Origin: an uncultured bacterium
GTDB taxonomy: Bacteria > Krumholzibacteriota > Krumholzibacteriia > LZORAL124-64-63
Assembly: GCA_963732385.1 (NCBI GenBank)
Contig: CAVSZB010000007.1
Coordinates: 608,001-672,000, forward strand
DNA length: 64,000 bases
Direction of reading: 5' to 3'
Shown here: positions 1 through 11,421 of the stretch, piece after piece
Numbering within the stretch: position 1 is the stretch's first letter
Layout of the letters: the number at the start of each line of letters is the position of its first letter
The notes under the pieces: model-generated
Database searches by the model: none
What the model saw: only the letters and a program-made list of their open reading frames with translations
What the model was told of the DNA's origin: nothing
Program-made: the position numbers and the translations under genes

Positions 1-88
1 ATCGGTGAAGACCTACGAAGGCACGCATGAGATCCACACGCTGGTGATCGGCGCCGAGATCACGGGAATCCCGGCCTTCCGCGGCTGA
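1..88 (+). CDS. 3' end of an acyl-CoA dehydrogenase (glutaryl-CoA dehydrogenase-like), partial
   Basis: Frame 2 reads SVKTYEGTHEIHTLVIGAEITGIPAFRG*; TYEGTH is the typical C-terminal motif of GCDH-like acyl-CoA dehydrogenases. Confidence 0.8.
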   Translation, partial: SVKTYEGTHEIHTLVIGAEITGIPAFRG

Positions 89-101
89 CCGCGGCCGTGT
101 G

Positions 102-131
102 AAAAACGGGAGAGCCGTCCGGCTCTCCCGT
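102..131 (-). terminator. Intrinsic terminator of the nuo operon (possibly bidirectional)
   Basis: Perfect stem ACGGGAGAGCCG/CGGCTCTCCCGT followed by a T-run on the minus strand, between two convergent genes. Confidence 0.8.
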
Positions 132-160
132 GCTCCATGCCAGGCGCCCGTCGGCGATCC

Positions 161-1681
161 TCAGCCGGTCATCGTCCGGAAGGTCGCCTCAGCAAGGCGC
201 TGCAGGCCACCCGGCCAGATACCGAGAAACAGCAGCAGCAGCGCGATCATGCCGGCCGCGAACAGCGATTCCCAGCTGCGGCCTTCATGGATCGCTTCGC
301 CCTCGGGCGACTGCATGTACATGACGACGATCACCCGCAGGTAGAAATAGACCGACAGCAGCGAGTTGATGACGCCCCAGACCGCCAGCGGCACCAGCCC
401 CGCCTGCACCACCGTGCTGAAAATGTAGAACTTGCCCATGAAGCCGGCCGTGGGCGGAATGCCCGCCAGCGAAAACATGAACACGGCCAACGATGCCGCC
501 GCCAGCGGCTGTCGTCGGGAAAGCCCGGCGTAGCCGGAGATACGGTCGGCCTCCTCGTCCTGGCTGCGTCCGAGCAGCGACACGATGCCGAAGGCGCCGA
601 GATTCATCAGCGCGTACGCGACGAGGTAGAAAAGCACCGCGCCGCCGGCAGCCGGGGCAACGGCCGACGCGAACCGCGTCGCCTCACCGCCACGGGCCGG
701 CGCCAGCAGAGCCAGCAGGCCGAGCATCAGATAGCCGGCGTGGGCGATACTCGACCAGGCAAGCATGCGCTTGAGGCTCTCCTGGGCCAGGGCCACCAGG
801 TTGCCCATGGTCATTGTCAGGACCGTCAACGCCGCCAGCAGCGGGAACCAGAAACCGGCCAGCGGCGGCAGGGCCAGCCAGGCGAAGCGCAACAACGCCG
901 CGAGGGCCGCGGCCTTGACCCCGGCCGCCATATAGCCGGTCACGAAGGAGGAGGCTCCGTCGTACACGTCGGGGGTCCACATATGAAACGGCACGAGCGC
1001 GATCTTGAAGCCGAAGCCGATGAGGATCAGTCCGGTCGCCGCGAGCAGCAGCACCCGGTCGTGAGCAGGAGCCGCCACGGCCGCGGCGATGGCGGCATAG
1101 TCGGTGGCGCCGACGAAGCCGTAGAGCAGCGCCATTCCGAACAGCAGGAAGGCCGACGAGAAGGCCCCCAACAGCAGGTACTTCAACCCCGCCTCGGTGG
1201 CGCGCAGCGAGCCACGCCGCCCCCCCACCAGCACATAGACCGCCAGGCTCATCGTTTCCAGGCCGAGGAACAGCGTCAGCAGGTCGGTGGCCGCGGCGAG
1301 GATCATCATGCCGAGCGTGGCGAAGAGGAGCAGGGGATAGAAATCGGAGCGCCACCGACCGTCGCGCTCGAAAACACTGGTGGCGAAGGTCGCGGTCAGG
1401 AGCGCTATGCCCAGGAAAAGGAAATTGAAGTAGCGGGCATAAGGTCCGGCGCTGAGCATGCCCCCGAGCAGCCCCTCCATCACCGGCGGCACCACGAGCT
1501 GGGTCGCCAGGGCGCCCAGCATGGTCAGCACCGTCAGAATGTAGAGATGGTCCCGGCGCGGGGAACGGGTGAAGGCATCCGCCAGCAACACCACCACGCC
1601 GCCCGCGGCGGTGACGATGTACGGCAACAGGGCCGGCAACTGCATCTGGAGGGCTGGAACGGCGCTCACTGTCGGCATCAC
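161..1681 (-). CDS. nuoN: NADH-quinone oxidoreductase subunit N
   Basis: Hydrophobic 506 aa; EAGLKY, FKIALVPFHMWTPDVYDGA, KRMLAWSSIAHAGY, SLAGIPPTAGFMGK; last gene of the operon. Confidence 0.96.
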   Translation of the reverse strand: MMPTVSAVPALQMQLPALLPYIVTAAGGVVVLLADAFTRSPRRDHLYILTVLTMLGALATQLVVPPVMEGLLGGMLSAGPYARYFNFLFLGIALLTATFATSVFERDGRWRSDFYPLLLFATLGMMILAAATDLLTLFLGLETMSLAVYVLVGGRRGSLRATEAGLKYLLLGAFSSAFLLFGMALLYGFVGATDYAAIAAAVAAPAHDRVLLLAATGLILIGFGFKIALVPFHMWTPDVYDGASSFVTGYMAAGVKAAALAALLRFAWLALPPLAGFWFPLLAALTVLTMTMGNLVALAQESLKRMLAWSSIAHAGYLMLGLLALLAPARGGEATRFASAVAPAAGGAVLFYLVAYALMNLGAFGIVSLLGRSQDEEADRISGYAGLSRRQPLAAASLAVFMFSLAGIPPTAGFMGKFYIFSTVVQAGLVPLAVWGVINSLLSVYFYLRVIVVMYMQSPEGEAIHEGRSWESLFAAGMIALLLLFLGIWPGGLQRLAEATFRTMTG

Positions 1682-3255
1682 TCACCCTCCGGCGGCGTCA
1701 CGAACCGCGAGGCGAAGCGCGGCGCGGCCGGGGAGCCCGCGTGACGCGCCGGATCGTCGGGAGTGGCCAGCTCACGCACCAGAGGTGCGAGCAGGCGCTC
1801 GATGGACGGCTGCATGCGGTCGAGCAACGGCGTAGGGCGCATCCCCAGCCAGAGGATGCCGATCAGGATCGGCAGCAGGCAGGCCATCTCCCGCGGCCGC
1901 AGGTCTGACAGACCACGATTCTGTTCGTGCCGTACCGGGCCGAAGAAGACCCGCTGGTACATCCAGAGCATATAGATGGCGCCAAGCACGACCCCCGTGG
2001 CGGCCACGGCGGCGAAGAGGCGCGCGTGCGGAAGCAGTTCGCTGCGGAACGTACCGAAGAGGATCAGGAATTCTCCGACGAAACCGCACAGACCGGGCAA
2101 CCCGATACTGGCCAGAGAGACCAGCATGAAAACCGCCGCGTAACGCGGCATAACATGGGCGAGCCCGCCGAAATCCGCGATGAGACGGGTGTGCCGCCGC
2201 TCGTAGATCACTCCCACCAGCAGGAACAGCGCGCCGGTGCTCAGCCCGTGCGCGAGCATCTGGAAGATCCCGCCAGCCAGCCCCTCGGGCGTAAGGCTGA
2301 CCAGGCCAAGCACCACGAAGCCGAGGTGGCTCACGCTCGAATAGGCGACCAGCTTCTTCAGATCCGGCTGCACCATCGCGACCAGAGCACCGTACACGAT
2401 GCCGATCACCGCCAGCATCGCCAGCCACGGCGCGAACACCACCACCGCGTGCGGGAAGAGCGGAATGGCGAACCGCAGCAGACCGTACGTACCCATTTTC
2501 AGCAGGATGGCCGCCAGGATGACCGAGCCGGCAGTGGGCGCCTCCACATGCGCGTCCGGAAGCCATGTATGCAGGGGAAAGAGCGGCACCTTGATCGCGA
2601 ACGCGAGCGCGAATGCAGCGAACAGCCAGAGCTGCGTTTGCGGCGCCAGTTGCAGCGCCATGAAGTCGGCCAGGGCCATGCTGCCGGCGCGGGCGTAGCA
2701 GTAGAGGATCGCAACCAGCATGAAAATGCTGCCTACCATGGTGAATAGGAAGAATTTCACCGCGGCGTAGACGCGACGCTCCCCGCCCCAGATCCCGATG
2801 ATGAACGCCATCGGGATCAGCATCGCCTCCCAGAAAACGTAGAACAGCAGCATGTCGCGCGCCACGAAGGTGCCCAGCATCGCCGTCTGCAGGAGCAGCA
2901 GGAAGGCCATGAATTCAGGAACCCGATCCGTGATCGCGCGCCAGCAGCTCACGATCACCAGGGGACCGAGGAAGGTGGTGAGCAGGACCAGGAACAGCGA
3001 GATGCCATCGATCGCCACCGCGTAGCTGATCCGGCCGTGGGCCAGCCACGCCGCCCGCTCGACGAACTGATCGCCTCCCTGGGCCGGGTCGAAGCGCAGC
3101 AGCAGCGGCAGCGACATGGCCAGGTCCGCCAGCGCCACGACCAGCGCAGTCCAGCGGGCCGCGGTCGCCTGCCGCAGTGCCAGCAGGATCAACAGCGCCC
3201 CGGCGACCGGCAGGAAGGTGACCCAGGTCAGGATGTGATCCGCGAAGAACGCCAC
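1678..3255 (-). CDS. nuoM: NADH-quinone oxidoreductase subunit M
   Basis: LFYVFWE, IKVPLFPLHTWLPDAHVEAPTAGS, KKLVAYSSVSHLG; start set at GTG 3255 after a GGAGG RBS. Confidence 0.96.
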   Translation of the reverse strand: MAFFADHILTWVTFLPVAGALLILLALRQATAARWTALVVALADLAMSLPLLLRFDPAQGGDQFVERAAWLAHGRISYAVAIDGISLFLVLLTTFLGPLVIVSCWRAITDRVPEFMAFLLLLQTAMLGTFVARDMLLFYVFWEAMLIPMAFIIGIWGGERRVYAAVKFFLFTMVGSIFMLVAILYCYARAGSMALADFMALQLAPQTQLWLFAAFALAFAIKVPLFPLHTWLPDAHVEAPTAGSVILAAILLKMGTYGLLRFAIPLFPHAVVVFAPWLAMLAVIGIVYGALVAMVQPDLKKLVAYSSVSHLGFVVLGLVSLTPEGLAGGIFQMLAHGLSTGALFLLVGVIYERRHTRLIADFGGLAHVMPRYAAVFMLVSLASIGLPGLCGFVGEFLILFGTFRSELLPHARLFAAVAATGVVLGAIYMLWMYQRVFFGPVRHEQNRGLSDLRPREMACLLPILIGILWLGMRPTPLLDRMQPSIERLLAPLVRELATPDDPARHAGSPAAPRFASRFVTPPEGE

Positions 3256-3269
3256 GGCCGTCTCCCCTC

Positions 3270-5276
<2,007 letters not shown>

Positions 5277-5280
5277 TTCA

Positions 5281-5586
5281 TTACTCCATCAGGGTCTTGA
5301 GGTCGTCCACGTTGACCGTCCGGCGCAGGCGATGGATCTCCACCAGGATGGCCAGACCGATCGCGGCCTCGGCGGCCGCCACGGCGAAACTCATCAGCAC
5401 GAAGACATGCCCGGAGGCGTCTCCCCACTGCCGGCTGAACGCCGCGAACACGAGATTGGCGGCGCTGAGCATCAATTCGATGCACATGAACAGGATCAGG
5501 GTGTTACGGCGCGTCAGCACACCGACCAGCCCGGTCACGAAGACCGCCCCCGCCAGGGCCAGGTAATGCGTGAGTCCGATGGTCAC
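5281..5586 (-). CDS. nuoK: NADH-quinone oxidoreductase subunit K
   Basis: ~101 aa; RRNTLILFMCIELML, VAAAEAAIGLAI; GTG start overlaps the nuoJ stop. Confidence 0.95.
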   Translation of the reverse strand: MTIGLTHYLALAGAVFVTGLVGVLTRRNTLILFMCIELMLSAANLVFAAFSRQWGDASGHVFVLMSFAVAAAEAAIGLAILVEIHRLRRTVNVDDLKTLME

Positions 5587-6095
5587 GACTGCCTCCTCGG
5601 GGCCAGGCCGAGCGCGACAGCGCCCACGATCGCCACGAGCAGGACCACCGAGATGAGTTCGAACGCCAGCAGATAGCGGTCGAGCAGCAGAGCCGCCACT
5701 CGCTCCGCCCGCCCGAACCCGGCCGGCGCCGCCGCGCGGAAACCGGCGCTGCCGTGCCCGCCGAGCAGGATCGCGCCGGAAATCAGCAGCGAAGCGGCAG
5801 GCAGAGCCACCGCCGGCCAGACCCAGCGCCCCTGCGGATGGAGCTCCGCGCCCAGCACCGGCCCGTGCAGCATCATGATCACGAACAGGAAAAGGACCAT
5901 GATCGCGCCGGCGTAGACGAGCACCTGCAACACCGCCAGAAACGGCGCCGACAACAGCGCGAACAGCCCGGCGGCGTTCAGGAATGCAAAGATGAGCCAG
6001 ATCGCCGCGCCCACGGCGCTGCGGCTGGCCACGGTCATGATGCCGCCCAGCAGCATCAGGCCGCCGCAGAGCCAGAAAACAATGCCCTCGAGCAT
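5583..6095 (-). CDS. nuoJ: NADH-quinone oxidoreductase subunit J
   Basis: LQVLVYAGAIMVLFLFVIMML, FELISVVLLVAIVGA. Confidence 0.95.
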   Translation of the reverse strand: MLEGIVFWLCGGLMLLGGIMTVASRSAVGAAIWLIFAFLNAAGLFALLSAPFLAVLQVLVYAGAIMVLFLFVIMMLHGPVLGAELHPQGRWVWPAVALPAASLLISGAILLGGHGSAGFRAAAPAGFGRAERVAALLLDRYLLAFELISVVLLVAIVGAVALGLAPRRQS

Positions 6096-6118
6096 GCCGA
6101 CCCTTCCCTGCGCGACGC

Positions 6119-6634
6119 TCAGAGCGTACCGCGCTCCTCATCGTTCAGCAGAAATTCCTTGCCGACGAAGAACTTCCCGCGACTGTCGGCCGCGATCTCG
6201 TAGATGCCGGTATCCATGCGGATGGCATCACAGGGACACGCCTCCTCGCAGAGCCCGCAATAGACGCAGCGCAGCAGATCGATCTCGAAGGACGCCGGGC
6301 GCTTCTCGATGCGGGGATCCGGATGCTCCTCCGCCACGATGTGGATGCAGTCGGCCGGACAGACCGTGCTGCACATCATGCAGGCGACGCAGCGGGGAGT
6401 GCCGTCCTCCCGCTGCATCAGCCGGTGCCGCCCGCGGAAACGGCCACTGTAGACCCGCTTCTCCTCGGGGTACTGCACGGTCGGCATGTCCCCCATGTGC
6501 AGAACATTGTTGATCAGGTGACGGATCGTGATCCCGAGACCGCGCAGCACTTCCCAGATGTAGATCGACTCCCGGAAAGTCTGGCGCTTGCTGCCGCCAG
6601 CCGGCGAGCCTGTCTGCATCGGCGTCGCGCTCAT
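6119..6634 (-). CDS. nuoI: NADH-quinone oxidoreductase subunit I
   Basis: Two CxxCxxCxxxCP motifs ([24 protein letters not shown]), TVQYPEE, RFRGRH; start approximate. Confidence 0.95.
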   Translation of the reverse strand: MSATPMQTGSPAGGSKRQTFRESIYIWEVLRGLGITIRHLINNVLHMGDMPTVQYPEEKRVYSGRFRGRHRLMQREDGTPRCVACMMCSTVCPADCIHIVAEEHPDPRIEKRPASFEIDLLRCVYCGLCEEACPCDAIRMDTGIYEIAADSRGKFFVGKEFLLNDEERGTL

Positions 6635-6666
6635 CCCGTCTGTCCCTTCCGCCCGGCCGGTCCCGT

Positions 6667-7938
6667 TCATACCAGGGCCAGCACGAGCGCGGTGATCGCC
6701 AGATTCGCCAGCCCCAGCGGCAGCATCACTTTCCAACCGAGCCGCATCAGCTGGTCATAACGGAAGCGCGGCAGTGTCCAGCGCACCCAGATGAACAGCC
6801 AAGCGAAGAAGATCGTCTTGCCGAGAAACGCCCCGGTCTGCGCGGCGGTCGCGTAGAACGAAGCCGCGCCCGGACCGATCGTCCAGGGACGCAGGGCCAG
6901 CGATCCCGCCGCCGCCAGGGCGACGGAGCCGCACACCGCGCCCAGGAAGCCCGGCTCGCGGTCGCGGGCATCGCCGAACTTGCCGCGTTCCCGCCGGGCG
7001 CGGCGCGCGAACAGGCAGGCAAACCAGGCGGCGGCCACGGACGTCGCCGCCAGGGTGCCCGTCAGCAGCGGCCCCGCCTGCGCCACGAGACGCGCGCGCG
7101 GCAGCCACGGGATCTGCCAGCCGCCGAAGAACAGGGTCGTGATCAGGGCCGCGCCCACGATCATGTTGCAGTACTCGGCCATGAAGAAGAGGGCGAACTT
7201 GAGCGAGCTGTACTCCAGATGATAGCCGGCCACCAGTTCCGAGTCCCCCTCCGGCAGGTCGAACGGGGTGCGGTTGGTCTCGGCGTAGACCGCGGTGATG
7301 AACAGCAACGCTCCCAGCGGCTGCACGACCACGCCCCACATCGGCAGGAAACCCCAGAGCAGCTGCCCCTGCCCCCGCACGATGTCCATGAGGCTGAACG
7401 ACGAGAAGATCAGCAGCAGGCCCATCAGCGCCAGCCCCATGCTGATCTCGTAGCTGATCATCTGGGCGCCCGACCGCACCGCGCCCAGGAAGGTGTACTT
7501 GTTGTTGGCTGCCCAGCCGCCGATGACGATGCCGTAGGTGCCGAGGCTGGCCACGGCGAACACGTACAGGATACCGGCGTTCAGGTCCGCCACGATCAGC
7601 GGCACGCGCCGACCACCCTTCTCGAGAAAATCCCCGAACGGGATCACGGCGAAGGTGCTCAACGCCACCGTCATCACGATGAACGGCGCCAGCGAATGCA
7701 GGAACTTGTGGGCCCGCGCCGGCACCACGTCTTCCTTGAACACGAGCTTCAGCACATCCGCGATCGGATGCACCAGACCACCCAGGCGCAGCCCCAGGAC
7801 CGACGCCCGGTTGGGGCCGGTGCGGTCCTGGATGAACGCGGCCCCCTTGCGCTCGGCCCAGATCAGCACCGGCAGCATGGAAAGCATGAAGGCCAGCATG
7901 AAGCCGATCTTGGCCAGGGTCTCGAGCACGAAAGCCAT
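6667..7938 (-). CDS. nuoH: NADH-quinone oxidoreductase subunit H (with an insertion)
   Basis: [62 protein letters not shown]. Confidence 0.96.
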   Translation of the reverse strand: MAFVLETLAKIGFMLAFMLSMLPVLIWAERKGAAFIQDRTGPNRASVLGLRLGGLVHPIADVLKLVFKEDVVPARAHKFLHSLAPFIVMTVALSTFAVIPFGDFLEKGGRRVPLIVADLNAGILYVFAVASLGTYGIVIGGWAANNKYTFLGAVRSGAQMISYEISMGLALMGLLLIFSSFSLMDIVRGQGQLLWGFLPMWGVVVQPLGALLFITAVYAETNRTPFDLPEGDSELVAGYHLEYSSLKFALFFMAEYCNMIVGAALITTLFFGGWQIPWLPRARLVAQAGPLLTGTLAATSVAAAWFACLFARRARRERGKFGDARDREPGFLGAVCGSVALAAAGSLALRPWTIGPGAASFYATAAQTGAFLGKTIFFAWLFIWVRWTLPRFRYDQLMRLGWKVMLPLGLANLAITALVLALV

Positions 7939-9518
7939 CAACGACCTCCCGCGTCCGGCGCACCGGAGCCGCCACGCGCGACGAGTCCCGCGGCCGGCAG
8001 GGCATTCAGGTCGATTCCGGGCGGCAAAGCCAGCTTCGCCGCCACCTCGCGCCGCAGCGCCGCGAGCGTGGTCGCAGCGGGCGCCGTCCCGAGCCGGCCG
8101 AGCCACTCCGCCAGCACCCGCCAGTCCTCGCGTGCAGTGCCGGGACGCGCGATCGCCGCGCGCAGCTCCTGCAACCGCCCCTGCCGGTTGGTCAGCAGGC
8201 CGTCCTTCTCCGCCCACATCGACAACGGCAGCACCACCGCCGCCGCCTCCGCGGTCGCGCCGCGCCGGTTCCCGAGATAGATGAGCTCGCCGCCGGTCAG
8301 GGCCGACGCAAGCCGGGGGGCAGACGCCGCCGGGTCGCCGCCGTACACGACCGCCACCCGACCCGGGCCGAGGCGCGCCGCCAGTTCGTCCGCCGGCGCC
8401 TCGCGCAGGCCGAGCCAGCCGAGCGCCGCGCGGTTGGGTGCGCGGTCGCCGTCGATCAGGAAGTCATCGCCCTCGCCGCGGTCCGCCCCGGCCACGCCGC
8501 CGTACACGGCCTCCGGCCCGCCCAGCAGTTCTCCCAGAAGCCGGAAGAGGAAAAGCTCCTCGACCGTCTGGTGGGCGCACGCCAGCGCCAGCGCGACCCC
8601 GCCGGGGCGCACCAGTCGCTCCAGTTCCGCCCACGCCTCGCGCCACTCCACCGGCTGCAGCACGCCGTCGCGTCGCACCAGCGGCTGCGTCAGGCGATCG
8701 TCCGCGTGCAGGTGCTTGTATTCCATCCGCCCGTGATCGCACATCCACGGACCGTTCACCTCGTCGTTGCGTCGCGGGCGGAGACGCCAGACGCGACCGC
8801 CCTCGTGGTCCACGCGCACGTTGCAGCCGGTAGCGCAGCCGGGGCAGACCGACGCGGTGCTCCGCAGCAGCCAGACCCGCTTCCGGAAGCGGAAGTCGCG
8901 GCTCGTGAGCGCCCCCACGGGGCAGATGTCGACAGTGTTGAGACTGTAGGCATTGTCCAGTTCGCGGCCCGGCGCGACGGCGATCTGAGCGCGGTCGCCC
9001 CGCTGCAGGATGCCCAGTTCGCCCGTCTTCGTGACCTCGGCGCAGAAGCGCACGCAGCGGGAGCAGAGCACGCAGCGCTCCTGATCGAGGATCACGTACG
9101 GTCCGATCGGCTCCGCCTTGCGCTTGTGCACCTTGTCGCGCTTCGCTACATCCGACTCGTACAGGCCGTAGAGCATGTACTGGTCCTGCAGGCCGCACTC
9201 GCCGGCCTGATCGCAGATCGGACAGTCGACCGGGTGGTTGATCAGGTGCATCTCCAGGATGCTGGTGACCGCCGCCAGCACGCGCGGACTGCGCGTGCGC
9301 ACGATCATCCCATCCTTCACCACCGTATTGCAGGCGATGGTCAGCTTGGGCGCCCCCTCGACCTCCACCTGGCAGAGGCGGCAGACCCCCGCGATCGACA
9401 GATCGGGGTGATAACAGAAGTGCGGGAGGGCCTCGCCGCGCACCTGGGTGCAGGCGTCGAACAGACGGGTTCCGTCCGCCACCTCGATGACCTGCTCGTC
9501 GATCGTCAGCCTCACCAT
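7938..9518 (-). CDS. nuoG: NADH-quinone oxidoreductase subunit G (short form)
   Basis: HFCYHPDLSIAGVCRLC, NHPVDCPICDQAGECGLQD, CVLCSRCVRFC, DICPVGAL, CPGCATGC. Confidence 0.92.
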   Translation of the reverse strand: MVRLTIDEQVIEVADGTRLFDACTQVRGEALPHFCYHPDLSIAGVCRLCQVEVEGAPKLTIACNTVVKDGMIVRTRSPRVLAAVTSILEMHLINHPVDCPICDQAGECGLQDQYMLYGLYESDVAKRDKVHKRKAEPIGPYVILDQERCVLCSRCVRFCAEVTKTGELGILQRGDRAQIAVAPGRELDNAYSLNTVDICPVGALTSRDFRFRKRVWLLRSTASVCPGCATGCNVRVDHEGGRVWRLRPRRNDEVNGPWMCDHGRMEYKHLHADDRLTQPLVRRDGVLQPVEWREAWAELERLVRPGGVALALACAHQTVEELFLFRLLGELLGGPEAVYGGVAGADRGEGDDFLIDGDRAPNRAALGWLGLREAPADELAARLGPGRVAVVYGGDPAASAPRLASALTGGELIYLGNRRGATAEAAAVVLPLSMWAEKDGLLTNRQGRLQELRAAIARPGTAREDWRVLAEWLGRLGTAPAATTLAALRREVAAKLALPPGIDLNALPAAGLVARGGSGAPDAGGR

Positions 9519-9525
9519 GGCGCGC

Positions 9526-10839
9526 TCACCCGATCACTTCGTTGGTCGTCCGCGCCCAGCGTGACCGCGAACCGGATTCCTCCGGCCGACGCGCGAGGGC
9601 GGCGAACTCGTTCCGGAACTTGGCGAGGAAACTGCGCATCGGCATCACCGCGGCATCCGACAACGGACAGATGGTCAGGCCCATCATGCCGTTGCACACC
9701 TTCTCCAGCAGGTCGAGATCGGCGGGCGTCCCCTCGCCGGCGCGCAGGCGCCGCACGATGCGGTGCAACCAGCCGGTGCCTTCGCGGCACGGCGTGCACT
9801 GGCCGCACGACTCGTCCCAGTAGAAATGCATCAGCACCTGGATCAGTTCGACCATGTCGCAACGCTGCGGGATCACGATCATCCCGCCAGACCCGAGCAT
9901 GGTTCCCGCCGCCGCGAGCGATTCATAGTCCAGATTGCACGCCATGACCTCGTCGGCGGTCAGGATCGGCACCGACGAGCCGCCCACGATGACCGCCTTG
10001 AGCTCCTCGCCGTCGGCCATGCCGCCGAGGTCCTGGGCGAAAAACTCGCGAAACGGCAGCCCGAGCGGGATCTCGTAGACGCCCGGGCGGCGTACCGGAC
10101 CGCTCACGCTCCAGAGCTTGGTGCCGGGCGACTTCTCGGTGCCGAACCGCCGGTAAGCGGCCGCTCCGTCGCGCAGGATCGGCGGCACCGCCGCCACCGT
10201 TTCGACGTTGTTGACGATGGTCGGCTGCTTGAGGAAGCCCTGCACCGCCGGGAACGGCGGCTTGATGCTCGGCTGCCCCTTGCGTCCCTCGATGGAATTG
10301 ATGAGTCCGGTCTCTTCGCCACAGATGTAGGCGCCGGCCCCTTTGTGCACGATCATCTCCAGGTCGAAGCCGGAGCCGAGGATATCGCGCCCGAGGTATC
10401 CGGCGCGGTACGCCTCATCCACCGCGGTCTGCACGCGGTCGACCAGCCAGCCGAACTCGCCGCGGATGTAGATGAAGCAGAGCCCGGCCCGCACCGCATA
10501 CGACGCGATGATCGACCCCTCGATCATCGCGTGCGGATCGTAGTCCATGATCCAGCGATCCTTGAACGTGCCCGGCTCGCTCTCATCGGCGTTGACCATG
10601 AAGTAGACGGTTTGCGCCTCCGCCGGCACGAACCCCCACTTCACCCCGGTCGGGAAGCCGGCGCCGCCGCGCCCGCGCAGCCCGGACGCCTTGACCTCCT
10701 CGCGCACGGCGAGCGGGGTCATTTCCTTCAGGGCCCGGCGCAGGGCCTGGTAGCCCCCCTCCGCCTCGTAGACCGCCAGCCGGTGACCGTCGGCGCGACC
10801 GAAACGGGCGGAAAGGATGCGGCAGTCTTCACGCGTCAT
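9526..10839 (-). CDS. nuoF: NADH-quinone oxidoreductase subunit F
   Basis: SGLRGRGGAGFPTG, NADESEPGTFKDR, GAGAYICGEET, ESCGQCTPCREG. Confidence 0.97.
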   Translation of the reverse strand: MTREDCRILSARFGRADGHRLAVYEAEGGYQALRRALKEMTPLAVREEVKASGLRGRGGAGFPTGVKWGFVPAEAQTVYFMVNADESEPGTFKDRWIMDYDPHAMIEGSIIASYAVRAGLCFIYIRGEFGWLVDRVQTAVDEAYRAGYLGRDILGSGFDLEMIVHKGAGAYICGEETGLINSIEGRKGQPSIKPPFPAVQGFLKQPTIVNNVETVAAVPPILRDGAAAYRRFGTEKSPGTKLWSVSGPVRRPGVYEIPLGLPFREFFAQDLGGMADGEELKAVIVGGSSVPILTADEVMACNLDYESLAAAGTMLGSGGMIVIPQRCDMVELIQVLMHFYWDESCGQCTPCREGTGWLHRIVRRLRAGEGTPADLDLLEKVCNGMMGLTICPLSDAAVMPMRSFLAKFRNEFAALARRPEESGSRSRWARTTNEVIG

Positions 10840-10843
10840 GCCG

Positions 10844-11386
10844 TCATCCCTCCAGCGACCGGTCGGTGTCCGGTCGCAGCGGCGCGCCCCGCCGCAGGCT
10901 GTCGAGCAGCGCGTCGATCTTCGCCGGAGTCAGGTTCTCGTAGAGATGCCGTCCGAGCTGCAGGCAGGGGCCACTGCCGCAGGAGCCGAGGCACTCCACC
11001 CCCTCGAGCTGGAACAGGCCGTCGGCCGTGGCCTCCCCGAGCCGGATCCCGAGCTTCGCCTCGAGGTGGCCGATGATGCCGCGCGCCCCCATGACGTGGC
11101 AGCTGATGTTGTGGCAGACCTGCAGCACGTGTTTCGCCTGCGGCTCGCTGCGGTACATCGTGTAGAAGGTGATGACTTCCCAGACCCTCGCCTCCGGCAC
11201 CTCCAGCCGCGCCGCCAGCCAGGCCACCCCCGACGGCGGAATATGGCCCTGCTCGTCCTGCACGATCCAGAGCGCCGGCATCAGCGCGCTCTCGCGCGTC
11301 GGATAGCGGGCCACGACCGCGTCGAGACGCGCCAGACTCCCGGCGGAGAGCGCGAAGGCCCCGGAGGCGGCGGGGGAATCGTTCAT
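10844..11386 (-). CDS. nuoE: NADH-quinone oxidoreductase subunit E
   Basis: EVITFYTMY, VCHNISC, VECLGSC (2Fe-2S ligands). Confidence 0.95.
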   Translation of the reverse strand: MNDSPAASGAFALSAGSLARLDAVVARYPTRESALMPALWIVQDEQGHIPPSGVAWLAARLEVPEARVWEVITFYTMYRSEPQAKHVLQVCHNISCHVMGARGIIGHLEAKLGIRLGEATADGLFQLEGVECLGSCGSGPCLQLGRHLYENLTPAKIDALLDSLRRGAPLRPDTDRSLEG

Positions 11387-11421
11387 GCTGCGCAAAACCT
11401 CGCATCCGGCGGCGGCCGCGG

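Noticed and set aside
137..1744. 535-aa + strand ORF and similar long ORFs (3468..5300, 20087..22045, 36211..39099, 48264..51299, 52673..55357)
   Set aside because: Antisense shadows of well-supported genes, expected in high-GC DNA; no recognisable motifs.
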